Assembly: GCF_001194135.2 (NCBI RefSeq)
Contig: NC_068981.1
Span: 62,808,193 to 62,872,192, forward strand
Direction of reading: 5' to 3'
Origin: Octopus bimaculoides
Taxonomy: Eukaryota
Length of the DNA: 64,000 nucleotides
Shown here: in pieces, positions 11,816 to 23,834 of the stretch
Numbering within the stretch: the stretch's first letter is position 1
How the letters are laid out: every line of letters begins with the position of its first letter
Program-made: the position numbers and the translations under genes
The notes under the pieces: model-generated
What the model saw: the letters and a program-made list of their open reading frames with translations, nothing else
What the model was told of the DNA's origin: nothing
The model's database searches: none

Positions 11816-12002
11816 TCACACAAAATACATACACACCATTCTTTGAAACGGTATCGTTATAAAAATAACTCGTTTAAGAAATATCTCAGAAAGTTAAAAT
11901 GCAGTTTCAAATACCATGGAAGTTTTTAAACGTATTTTATTTCATCAACACTTCAAGTCTAAATTTGCTTATAGTTCTAAGATATTTAGATATTTTAAAT
12001 AT

Positions 12003-12363
12003 GCGCTGAAGTTGCTGTGTGGTAAGAAGTTTGTTTCCCTACAACACGGTTCTGGGTTCGTGCTACTGCGAGGCACGTTAGGCATGTGTCTTCTACTATA
12101 TCTCCGAACAGACCAATGTCTTGAGAGTGGATTTGATAGGCGGAAACTGAAAGAAGCCCCTCTTGTGCGTGTGTGTTACCACCGCTTGACAACCGGTGTT
12201 GGTGTGTTTATATCCCCATACCCCAACGGTTCAACAAGTGAGACCACTGGAATAAGTTCCGTGCTTTAAAAAAATAAGTATTGAGATTGATTCGTTCAAC
12301 TAAAATTCTTCAAACTGGTGCCCCTGCACAACCGCAGTCTAATGATCGAAACAGATAAAAGAT
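12003..12363 (+). mobile_element. SINE family B copy
   Basis: Full block order as in 54188-54582, with a short internal (TG). Confidence 0.8.
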
Positions 12364-12435
12364 GTGGATATTATGCACACGGAATCGAAATCATAAGTGT
12401 GTGTGTGGTGTACATAGTATATTTATATATGTGTA

Positions 12436-12472
<37 letters not shown>

Positions 12473-12511
12473 ATGCATGTATATTTACTTATATGTATAT
12501 ATTTATATCTG

Positions 12512-12563
<52 letters not shown>

Positions 12564-13202
12564 GCATGCATACATAATGTAATATTACTATTCATTCAAT
12601 ATTCTTATCTCTTTTTATTGGATGCTTTTCTGTTTCTATTTTTTATGCGTGAACAATTTAGTGTTATGAAGTGAACAATTTTTCTTCTCACGAACATTGA
12701 AAAAATACATGAATAATTGCATACACATCTGTCATTGTTTTTGTTACTGTGACATTCTGATTATTATTATTATTATTATTTCAACTAGCAGCGATTCTAA
12801 TTTTCAGTGGGAAGTAATGTTATATATAGACTAATTTCATTCACAAAGCCATAAATTTACTGCTGCGTCCGCTTTCTCTCACGCACACACTTATAATAAA
12901 GTGTGTATGAATGTATCTATGTTACGTATATATGGATTGGTGAATGAATGTGTGTTCGCACGGTTGTATGTGTACTCAGACACGGTCACAAAAATAGATA
13001 GATAGATAGATAGATAGATAAAGTTGGGAGATAGAGAGCATGACAGTGAGTTAAAATTTCGTCCCGACCACTTCTTTCTTGGTTCGATCTTCCTTCGTGG
13101 CCGGCAAGTTAGCAAATATGTTCTGATATATTTCTGAGTTATACCCTGAGACTGGATTTAGTAGAAAAATTACTCAAACTCGTAGTATAGATAGATAGAT
13201 AT

Positions 13203-13367
13203 GTTTCTTTATTAGCCACACAGGGCTCAACACAGAAGGGACAAGGTACAAAGTAGAGCTTTTCTTTTTGAGAAGGGGAAGGAGAGAGAGAAAAAAGGGA
13301 GGGATTTTCGATCAAAAGGGATCGTAAAGAGAGAGAGAAAAAAAAAGGTGATCAATAGGGATCGTGT
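13203..13367 (-). mobile_element. 3' end of a Tx1/L1-type LINE inserted inside (AGAT)n
   Basis: Sense 3' end TTGTCCCTTCTGTGTTGAGCCCTGTGTGGCTAATAAAGAAAC resembles the 3' ends at 47185 and 48580, which are attached to Tx1 ORF2. (AGAT)n lies on both sides. Confidence 0.6.
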
Positions 13368-13409
<42 letters not shown>

Positions 13410-13959
13410 TCACTCACTCACAGTTTCGTGGATAGCCAAAGAACAGAATAGTGGTACATCGTTGAAGTGGGACAATTATCCCGAGACAGATGTATATGAA
13501 AATTCTTTTCTGATTACGTAAGAGAGCAGTAAGATATTTTTATATCATCTCATCTTCAAAGCTAAGGTTTTAAAAAACGAAACTAGATTTTTTTGTACGT
13601 TACATGTTTCGAGTAATCTAAACAATGTGTTCTATGTACACACACATACTCGCATATATATGTTTGTATATCTTTTGGTGTCAAAATAGCTTTACATATT
13701 GCCTCATAATGTATTTTGTTGACAATTTTACTTTATCAATGCTTACTATCTCTACTGAGCGTCTAGTCTTGTTTTCTTTACATATATAGATATACTTAAT
13801 CCATTACAATTAAGTTCTATTATAATTAGGACTACTATTGTTGTTCATTAAACTTACGGTGAGTTCTGAATAAGAAGATCTACGGTCATAATTATTCCAA
13901 CCATGAACATCCCGTCTATATATTCGTTTTTGTTTGTTTGTTTGTTTTCTTTAAGCCAG

Positions 13960-14200
13960 AGTTTATTCTGCTCTTTGTGGCGTATAAATGGCCGAGAGTA
14001 TAATACCCTAATACCCTTCCCAGCCTGAACGGGACGCCCACTTCGCCGCAGGCTTAACCCAAACTCTTACTGGTACTCATTTTCAGTTGAGTGGAATGAA
14101 ATGACATGAAATAAATTGTTTACTCAAGGATACAACACGCCACGCGGACTTGGAAACGAAACTAAGACTATGATTGTGAGACCTATTCTCTAATAGACCA
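13960..14200 (-). mobile_element. Old CORE-type SINE (family D-like)
   Basis: TACTCATTTTCAGTTGAGTGGA..TACTCAAGGATACAACACGCC is collinear with 7735-7967. Confidence 0.55.
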
Positions 14201-15367
14201 TGGACTTGTACCCTTGTAATTTGTTGGCAATTTCGCAGCTATTTCTAGTCAGTCGAGCGATCAACAGAAGACTCTATTGTTGTTGGTTGTTGTTCAACTG
14301 GTGATCAATTCTGATCAAGCAGTTCTCTGACCATTCCACTGAGTTGTCTTTCAGGTAGAATATCAATCTAGAACTAGTTATGCACTGGATCTGTCCATAT
14401 TTTTAAGGGAGTAGGGTGCTATTTGAAGTAGATTTGGCTATTTTTTTTTTACCAGTTCGAGCAACCAAGTGGAGAATATGTCGTTGTCGTTGACTTCCAC
14501 GTTACTTTCTTTTATTGTGTAATCTTATATCAGCCTTCACCAAACATATGCATGATCAAAACCGCTCCGGCCATGAACATTTTATAAGCATGTAAATAAC
14601 TATATCATCCAATGCATGATTTCTTTTCCTTTCCCAAATAACGTGTGATTTTATTGAATTTGGCAACTATTTCTAGCATGTCGCGTGACCACGTAGAGGT
14701 TCTTTCGTCTGCTCATGATGGTTGTTGTCGCTGTTTGTGATGGTGGTGGTGGTGGTGGTGGTGGTGGTNNNNNNNNNNNNNNNNNNNNNNNNNNNNNNNN
14801 NNNNNNNNNNNNNNNNNNNNNNNNNNNNNNNNNNNNNNNNNNNNNNNNNNNNNNNNNNNNNNNNNNNNNNNNNNNNNNNNNNNNNNNNNNNNNNNNNNNN
14901 NNNNNNNNNNNNNNNNNNNNNNNNNNNNNNNNNNNNNNNNNNNNNNNNNNNNNNNNNNNNNNNNNNNNNNNNNNNNNNNNNNNNNNNNNNNNNNNNNNNN
15001 NNNNNNNNNNNNNNNNNNNNNNNNNNNNNNNNNNNNNNNNNNNNNNNNNNNNNNNNNNNNNNNNNNNNNNNNNNNNNNNNNNNNNNNNNNNNNNNNNNNN
15101 NNNNNNNNNNNNNNNNNNNNNNNNNNNNNNNNNNNNNNNNNNNNNNNNNNNNNNNNNNNNNNNNNNNNNNNNNNNNNNNNNNNNNNNNNNNNNNNNNNNN
15201 NNNNNNNNNNNNNNNNNNNNNNNNNNNNNNNNNNNNNNATATATATATATATAGGGGATATGAAGAGAGCAATGTTTGGAGGTTATAGAGCGGTCAGTAT
15301 GCCGAGCTCGTTATAATTTGATTAGGAATACACGATATTCAAAACATTATTTGCCACATTAATGTGA

Positions 15368-15716
15368 CGAGCTGACAGAATCGTGAGTACATCAGAGAAA
15401 ATGCTTGCCTCTTTACATTCTGAACTCAATTTCCGTCGAGATCGACTTTGCCTTTCGTCTTTTGGGGGTTTAGCACTAGGTTCGAAATAATCGACTTATA
15501 CCTTTCCCCGAACTTACTGGCCTTCGGCCAAAATTTATTGTTACTATTTTTGGCAGTATCAAGACGGTAGGTAAGCAGAGTCGTTAGAGAGCGTCGAACA
15601 AAATGTTTTTTACAGTATTCAGTTACGGTGTTTTACCTCAGTTCAAATCACGGTGAGGTCAACTTTACTTTTCATCCTTTCGGGGTTGATGAAATATAAT
15701 ACCAGTTGAAAAGTGG
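15368..15716 (+). mobile_element. Two tandem SINE family A copies (15368-15540, 15560-15716)
   Basis: Each has the head GAGCTGACAGAATCG / GCAGAGTCGTTAG and the CTTTTCATCCTTTCGGGGTTGAT-type block. Confidence 0.7.
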
Positions 15717-15896
15717 ATCCAGACCGATTGGACTTGGACGAAATGCTTCGCCTGTGGACAAAATAATTCAGTTTTAAATCTGGCTCAATACAACTAATTT
15801 GTAGGAAGGACATAACACTGTGTAACACGATTTCACGAAATTTGTCTTTGAGTAGCAACTGATATTTCCTATTTGATTACCACTTAAAAGTATGAA

Positions 15897-16027
15897 AAAT
15901 GACTAATATTTCCTTCAAACTTTGCTTTTGTTACATTTATTCAAAACCCAAATAATCCCTCTCAACACGTGGCTATGGTACTCCCCCCACTACTTTAAGC
16001 AAAGTTTGAAGGGAATAGTAATCATTT
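15897..16027. repeat. 131-bp element with 31-bp terminal inverted repeats (MITE-like)
   Basis: 15897-15927 AAATGACTAATATTTCCTTCAAACTTTGCTT versus 15997-16027; 28/31 match to the reverse complement. Confidence 0.75.
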
Positions 16028-16500
16028 CCTTTTATTTCTAGATACAAGCAAATAGAAACTAATAGTTACTGACCAAAGACGAAAAAAACCAAAAATTTTG
16101 TTACACGGTGTTATTGGTTAAATCGCCTTCAGAACAGGAAGGAAACACGTGAGAGATCCGATGAAAAGTCGATCCCAGAGTGAAATATGAACCTAGAATA
16201 TAAAGGGATATAACTAGACATCACAGAGAATATTAGTGCGAATCAAACTGTTCAGCCACATTCGAGAGAGTTCAGTATATTGATGTCTAGAATAAGAGCA
16301 AGGCTAAAAATATGGAGGTTGAGTACGTTACTTATTATCGACCCCAGAAGGATCAATAGCAAAGCCGACCCTCGTAGGATTTACACTCAGAACTTAAGTT
16401 GCCACTGAATATATTCCATGTAGTATTTATTTCCATTCAAAAGGTTCAGTTGATGCACAGTCTTCGAGAGGCTCCATACTATTAGGCGAATGTTTAATGC

Positions 16501-17780
16501 TACGAGGTGTGTTCATTAAATATTCCCTATGACCAACTTCTGGTTATTGCAGGAAACGGAACTTGCACCGATATAATCATACATATTTCTATATGTAACA
16601 TTGTAAATTGCAGCTTTCTACTAGTATTCGTTTGTCTTTGATGGCTGCTGAAGTGGACTAAGGTATTATAATGGAAGCAGTTGAATTATGATCAGGTTCT
16701 TATACATGAAAGGTCGTACACCAAAAGATACTTTCTATGAGATGAAAGAAGTTTATGGTGACGATACACCATCATAAGACGAAGTGAAGCATGTTCAAAT
16801 GTGGTCGGACATTGATGGAAACTGCTCTTATTCATGGACGACCACATTCCGCCATTGATGACGACACCATCCATAAAGTGGAAGCCACCATTTTGGAGGA
16901 TCGTCACATAACTATTCGGCAACAAGCCCAATAAGTGAAGATAAGTGTAGGGTCAGTGGAAATAATCCTTCACCACCATTTGCACATGCGGAAGTTATCT
17001 GCACGATGGATTCCCCGGATACTCACACCTTTTCAGAAGCAGGAACGAGTCAATTGCTTCCAAGTTTTTTGGCAATGTGCCAAGAAAAATAGGAATTTTT
17101 CGGTAGACTTGTTACACAGGATGAAACATGGGTCCATCACTATAATCCTGAGACTAAAGTCCAGTCGAAGCAATGGAAGTATGATAACTTACCACCTCCA
17201 GAGGTTTGTATTCGACCATCATCAGGCAAGGTGATGCTCACAGTCTTTTGGGATCAGCGTGGAGTTAGTGATGATGGATTTTCAGGCAAAGAGTACCACT
17301 ATTAACAGGGCATACTATGCTTCTTTGCTGCAGAAATTGCAGGACGCCATCAAAGCAATGAGGCGTAGCATGCTACGCAAAGGAGTTCACCTCCTCCAAG
17401 ACAACGCCCCAGTTCACAATGCGCATGTTACCCAGATGAAAACACACTCCTGCGGCTATGAAATCCTTCCTCATCCCCCTTATTCTTCCGACCTCGCACC
17501 ATCTGACTTCCACCTCTTTCCAACCATGAACTTTTTTTTTTTAAAGGAAAGCACTTTTCGGATAATGATGAACTTATTTCTGAGGTAAAGTCTTGGCTCC
17601 AGACGCAACCTACTGACTTCTACGGACGAGGTCTTCACAGCTACATAAAGTGATGGGAGAAGTGAGTCACCATTTGTGGTGGCTAGGTAGAGAAGGACTA
17701 ATAATCATGCCAAGTTTTATTTATCCCAGTCCTTCCTTCAGAAGTAGGTCTGGAGAAATCTTTAATGATCGCCCCTTGTA
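16501..17780 (+). mobile_element. Full-length defective mariner (DD34D) transposon
   Basis: TA-flanked ~26-bp TIRs (TACGAGGTGTGTTCATTAAATATTCC / GAAATCTTTAATGATCGCCCCTTGTA), 1280 bp. Motifs WIPRILT, QDETWVHHYNPETK, LLQDNAPVH and HPPYSSDLAPSDFHLF. Frameshifts and stops present. Confidence 0.95.
16671..17700 (+). pseudogene. Mariner transposase pseudogene
   Basis: ORF pieces 16935-17234 and 17259-17588 plus other frames; starts at ATG GAA GCA GTT GAA at 16671. Confidence 0.9.
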
Positions 17781-18275
17781 TGAGCGAAACTCGAAATAAA
17801 TATTTTTAATACATTATGTTGCTAGTAAAACACATTTAGTCAAGAACACTTTCAATAATAACACATGCTAACAAGAGTAAAGTGTTGATTTGCTAAGTTT
17901 ATAAATCTAAATTATTCGCATACGTTTGCTGCATTTTCAGTGATATGAAACACTGTTTGTAAATAGAATCTTTAATTCTGCAACAAGCATGAATGAATGA
18001 ATTATTTCGTTTAAGGAAATCCCATGTTGGTTTATCAACAAGATCTATAAGACGTGATATTTAAATAGATAGGCGACAGTTCGTGCTCAAATGTCAAGTT
18101 ATCGTCTTACACAGTAAATTATTGTAACAAAAGTTGATAGATAAATAATTATTCATTCAAGAACTGCTTGTATTTCCGGGCAAGTAGAGAAATGACAACA
18201 GATTAATATATTCCTTAATATTGATTCTAAATGATAGGTCTACTTATAACATTCCATTACTGTTGTGTGTCACAG

Positions 18276-18362
18276 TTGATCGTGCCAACAGAATGATGGG
18301 CAATCAAGGAAAGTGTCATGGTTTCGTTTCGTCATTGACACAACTCAACGTTCAAGGCTAAG
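18276..18362 (+). other. Weak candidate exon (87 nt)
   Basis: ttccattactgttgtgtgtcacag|TTGATC...GGCTAAG|gtatat. Only one frame is open (DRANRMMGNQGKCHGFVSSLTQLNVQG*), and it stops just before the donor. Confidence 0.15.
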
Positions 18363-19661
18363 GTATATAGAAATCACATTGAATCTATTCACTTGTAAAA
18401 AAAAATAGATAACATGTTCGTAGCACAGTCTTTCCCGTACTCTTCAAAGTAAACATCATATGACGACTCAGCAATTCCGGCGAATCAAGTTCACAATTCA
18501 AGTTTGATCAAGTTTAGCCAGTATCATCATTCATTAAGCATACTTTCGTAGAGAGCAGACAGCATATCATTATAGGTACTTTACAGACCTAACAAACTGT
18601 TTACTGCTCCAGCACCGTTGTTTTTGAATTTCCTATCGTAATACTTCACGCGTTATTCTTTCTCTTAAACTATACACTTTTGAAACCTTACCCATGTTTG
18701 TTATTTTAGAAAACTTGGACTTGCAGAAAATTAAACTTGACATCAACCTCATTGATTTAAGGGTTGTGTGCACCGTTTAACTTCCTCGCTTTAATAATGT
18801 TTAAAGCAAAACAGTTCACTTGCTTTCAGCCCATGTGACTGCACCGTCTTTTTCGCCTTTACTCTCATAAAGGGCACGGCCCCAAACGTTTCTTTCATTT
18901 TTCTCCTAAATCACCATCTTGAATTCTCCCCTCAACTAGAACACCAATAGTTGTACATTAAGTAGAAATTACACTACCACTGTGACAAATCTATTACAAA
19001 TTTGTTTACATATTATAGATATTAAAGCGGATAAGAAACATCGAGGGATCTTCTGTGATCATACAATCTGCTGCATATATTATCCAAATATCCTACAAAT
19101 CACTGTGTACCATGCTAAAAAATAAATAAATCATTGGATAATGAAAACAGATGAGAATGATAAAAGATCAGATCAATTGGAAGTCTACGCGTTCAAGGTT
19201 GACCTGAAAATAAACCCAACAAATTTAAAGCAATACTGTCTTCCAAAAAAAAAATACCTGTACACACGCTCTCGCAAAAATGCACGGACAAAAAGATAAA
19301 CAAACAAACAAATCAAACTAACAAACTAAGAAGCCAGCACCTTACGTCACTTGACTTGCTAGAAATCCCAGCCAAATATTCACAGTCTGATTATAGGCCC
19401 ACACACAACACATACATTTCAGTTTTAACTACCATAAACTGATGCACACATACATAAAAAAAGGGCAAAAAATATACCGTGTACACAGATACTGCAGATA
19501 TATGTTATCGCGTAACCAACATGTTGTCAGATAATACATGTTCATACATTGCAGACACACCATGTGCAGACTATGAATTTCTGTGATATCGCAAATGAAT
19601 TTCCCTATTGAGCCAAGAATACGAACAAATGTACATATCCACATCGTACAAAAAAGCGCGC

Positions 19662-19705
<44 letters not shown>

Positions 19706-19777
19706 ACCTATGGCTATTAATATATTTATACAAGAATGTGTGGAGGGGTGCCTGTGCATGCATGCATACATACATAC

Positions 19778-19813
<36 letters not shown>

Positions 19814-19934
19814 GTGTGTGTGTGTGTATGTATGCATGTATGTATGTAAGCAGGCAGACGTTGTTGAGTGAGTAAGAAAGATACGTTCGCTTCACAACTG
19901 TAAAAGTTTCTGGCTTTGTTCGCACTGCATAGCA

Positions 19935-20220
19935 TACGTGGTCTGATCAATAAGTATCCGGAGTGTTGCCATAGTAACGAAGCTAAAGCACGCAGAGTGA
20001 AGCCGCTTGGCACAAATCGACCTTGAACCCTGTTGTGCACGCGCACTAGGTTTTAACTTCCCAGCTCACTTCCACTATTTACAGTAGTGCTTGGAAGTAA
20101 GGTGTGTAGCGTGTGATCACCGCATCGATCATGACAGATGAAGTTGAACAGAGAATCTGCATCAAATTTTGCCAAAAGCCTAGCAATACTCGCTCAGAGG
20201 CCTACGCAAAGTTTTCAAAA
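19935..20220 (+). mobile_element. Mariner left end + transposase start (truncated)
   Basis: TACGTGGTCTGATCAATAAGTATCCGGA TIR-like start, then MTDEVEQRICIKFCQK (cf. mariner EQRxxIKFCxK). Confidence 0.85.
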
Positions 20221-20823
20221 AGTTTTCATAAAGTTTTCATCGTTCTCGACACAATCAAGGAGATCTTTCGGTACTGAAACCCGAGTGTCTTTTTGCTCAG
20301 CTGAAAGCAGTTTGGGCACTAAGTTGGCAGACACGCGTCTCCTACCCAAATCTTCAATGATGATGGACTGAACTGAACCGTAACTTATCTGCACATCTTG
20401 TGATAGCACATGGATGGTAATTCGATGGTTTCCCCTCAAAGCTGTATACATATATGCAATGTTTTTCTCGCTTCTGTTGGTTGCGGGTCTCCCAGAATGT
20501 TCGTCAATATCGACATTTTTTGGCCATCTTGGAAACGTCTCAACCGCTCGTACACTTGTGTGCGGCTCATACACTCCACTTCATACACTTTCTGCAAAGT
20601 TGCGTAGGCCTCTGAGCAGGTATCACCATAACAACTTTTTCTGTCATGGTCAATACGACGATCACACGCTACACACCTTCCTTCCAAGAACTGCTATAAA
20701 CAGCAGAAGTGAGCTAACATGTTAAAACGTAGTGCGCACGCACAGCAGAGTTCGAGGTCAATCTGTGCCAAGCAGTTTTACTCTACGTACTTTAACTTCG
20801 TTACTATGGCAACAGTCCGTATA
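20221..20823 (-). mobile_element. Mariner 5' half of the same family, opposite orientation
   Basis: Minus-strand translation gives GDTCSEAYATLQKVY..MSRTQVYE, DEHSGRP, RRRVSANLVPKLL and DENFMKT. The 5' non-coding part is homologous to 19953-20130. Confidence 0.9.
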
Positions 20824-21562
20824 AAGAAAATGCATTTGCTATAACATCGCGTTGACTCAAAATTTTAGTGTGGGATTGAACAAGCGTGAATCTCTTAGAT
20901 TGACTGTATCTGAAATTCAATGATCCAGTGTCGTGACAATGTGTCTCGTTGATTCTGCACTTTACAGTTACTAGCTGCAGAACTACGTGCTAACGCTGTC
21001 GCATGCAAATTATTTTTCTCCAGCCTTCGGAATCAACGCCAGATCGTTCAACTCCCAAACTAGCGTTTGTCGACCACGGAAGGATGAAAGGCAAAATTAA
21101 CCCCAGCATGCTTGAACGAAAAGTACCAAAAGTCGGAACAAATTCTGCAAAGCCTTCCATCTGACAGCTCAAAGATGCTGCCCATTCATCGCTTTTATAC
21201 TTATATGGTGTGATACATTTATGTTGTGATACATTTATGTGAACATATATCTATGTATATATAAATATACACACGCTCGGAAAGTCGGGTAGTAAGGCAC
21301 AAGTCTGCCCACACAAATATACCCACATACAAATACAACCATCCATTCTGGTGCATTATAGTTATATATGATGATACCTAATGCATGCACACAATAGGGT
21401 CTTTAGAAATTTGTTTCTTACTACACACATAACAAAGATATAAAAATACATATACATATGATATCGATTACATAAGGGTATGAAAGGAAAATAGATCTGA
21501 CCGGACTATCATGTTCCGTTACTTCTAGACCTACCCCTTTCCTTGTTTCTTACCCTTTACAG

Positions 21563-21598
21563 ATAGCGAGTTTTCCATCTTGTGGGTGGTCGGGTCAC
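21563..21598 (+). other. Candidate 36-nt exon
   Basis: Strong pyrimidine tract cctttccttgtttcttaccctttacag|ATAGCG..GGTCAC|gtaaat; weak donor. Confidence 0.25.
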
Positions 21599-23117
21599 GT
21601 AAATGAGCGTTGAAGGAATTGAAACAGCAGCGTCGGGACAATAATAAAGACCTCCTAGTGTGCTGAAAAAGCAGATTAAACAATGGAACAATAGCGTCTC
21701 TGTGTGTGTGTGTGTGTGTATGTGTGTGTGTGTGTGTGCGTGTGCGTGTGTGTGTGCACTTGCGCTTTTGCTTGTGTGAATGTAGATGCATGTATGCTTA
21801 TATGTATATTTATAAGTGTTTGTCTGCGTTCGTATTATGTACATTAAAGAGGCGTTATCGTGTCAAAATGGATAGTATGGGAATTGTTTTATTGAAATTT
21901 ATTTAACGAATTAATAAACTCAGATTAAAATAGTCTGGGATCGATTTGTTCGACTAAAATTATGAACACGGTCATCCAACGTAGATGTCGAATGAATAAA
22001 ACTAGAATATAAATTAGAGCATAGGTATACAGATAACTGCCGGGTGAAAGTTTGTTATATGATATAATGATGGCATATATTAAATCATATTTATTTATAT
22101 ATAACTATGTGAAGTTCCGGATGCAAGTGTAGAGAATAACTAACTCTTTGTAAGAGATACATCAGAAATATCTGGGATGAAATTTAAAGAAATTCTAATT
22201 CATGAGTAATTTTACTTTCCGGCTTCAAATTATCGAATTCTGCCTATTGAAAACTCCATGACAGAGTCCAGGATATTTTGCATATATTTCTTGCTTTAAA
22301 GGAATACTTAAGATAATACGTATTCACGTCTGTTTGAAGTTTCACAACGAAAGGTTTCCTAATTCTAGCTTAACTATTTAAGTTTCCTAACCCACACTCT
22401 CATGTGCGTAAATATTTCGTAGTTATGTAATCTCGCTGGGAAAAGTATGGGATGCAAATTAGTGTAGATATTATACCTAAGTTCTAGATTGTGTTTCATG
22501 TAAATAGTGATTAGCTATAAATTCTATTCGTGGCAGAAGGATAAGGTACAATGAAGCATGACTGTTTTATTTTTCTGTGATCGAGGAAAATAGCAAGATA
22601 CATACGCACCTTTTTAAACTTCCACAGCGAATAACTTTGAAACCAAAGTTTATTTTCTTTCAAGATATATAAAGTGCAACCAAAATCTGACGGTGTTGAT
22701 TCTTATCTTTCAATAAGTCACATCTTCCTTTTAAAATCCATCTATTTCACTGGAAGATACACTAATGCCAATTCTGATCTTAAGGTGATTATGAAATCCT
22801 GATCCTGGTTGGTATTTACGGGCGTTTGTACGGTGATGATACCAGGCTTATGATTTTAACATCACTAGTAGTCGGTAACTGGTATTTTTAGAAAATGAAT
22901 AATTACAGAATTCAATAAATTCAGCTTAAAGGTAACAGCCAAAGGGAAACTTCCAACGAAACTTTCAGGATGCCAAGCTTAAACAAACTTAGTCAAATGA
23001 GTCCTTTGAAGAACCCAATAGCATCACTGTGTGCATTCATACACATTCAAACAATGTCATCAATAAACAGGAACAGAGAGAACTGCATCAGACCGACCGC
23101 ACTGGGGGGAAGCTCAC

Positions 23118-23195
23118 TGCTTTATGAGTCCCGCAAAGCGTGAGGACCTAAGTCTAAGAACACACACAGCGCGTTCTGCTTCATCTTCGAAACGC
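23118..23195 (-). other. Candidate symmetric 78-nt exon
   Basis: cttctattctaaactag|GCGTTTCG..ATAAAGCA|gtgagc. Open frame RFEDEAERAVCVLRLRSSRFAGLIK; no homologue recognised. Confidence 0.2.
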
Positions 23196-23435
23196 CTAGT
23201 TTAGAATAGAAGCAGCTGATGAAGGAAAAGTTCCATATGTGGCTTGTCTGTTTTCCTATGTGTTCATTCTGTTGTCCGGAAAAAAAGTTCGTTTTATGTG
23301 CTTTGTTTATGTTCCCGTTCCTTTTTTGTCCACGTATTTTAGACGTCCTGTACCCGGATATGCATCTATATATACATGTAGATGTAGGTATGTACATATA
23401 TGTTTGTATATATGCATATTCTCACATATCATTTG

Positions 23436-23488
<53 letters not shown>

Positions 23489-23803
23489 NNNNNNNNNNNN
23501 NNNNNNNNNNNNNNNNNNNNNNNNNNNNNNNNNNNNNNNNNNNNNNNNNNNNNNNNNNNNNNNNNNNNNNNNNNNNNNNNNNNNNNNNNNNNNNNNNNNN
23601 NNNNNNNNNNNNNNNNNNNNNNNNNNNNNNNNNNNNNNNNNNNNNNNNNNNNNNNNNNNNNNNNNNNNNNNNNNNNNNNNNNNNNNNNNNNNNNNNNNNN
23701 NNNNNNNNNNNNNNNNNNNNNNNNNNNNNNNNNNNNNNNNNNNNNNNNNNNNNNNNNNNNNNNNNNNNNNNNNNNNNNNNNNNNNNNNNNNNNNNNNNNN
23801 NNN

Positions 23804-23834
<31 letters not shown>

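Noticed and set aside
23211-23240. CTGATGA-A-GGAA(aag)TTCC hammerhead-like half
   Set aside because: The GAAA core and a pairing stem I are absent.
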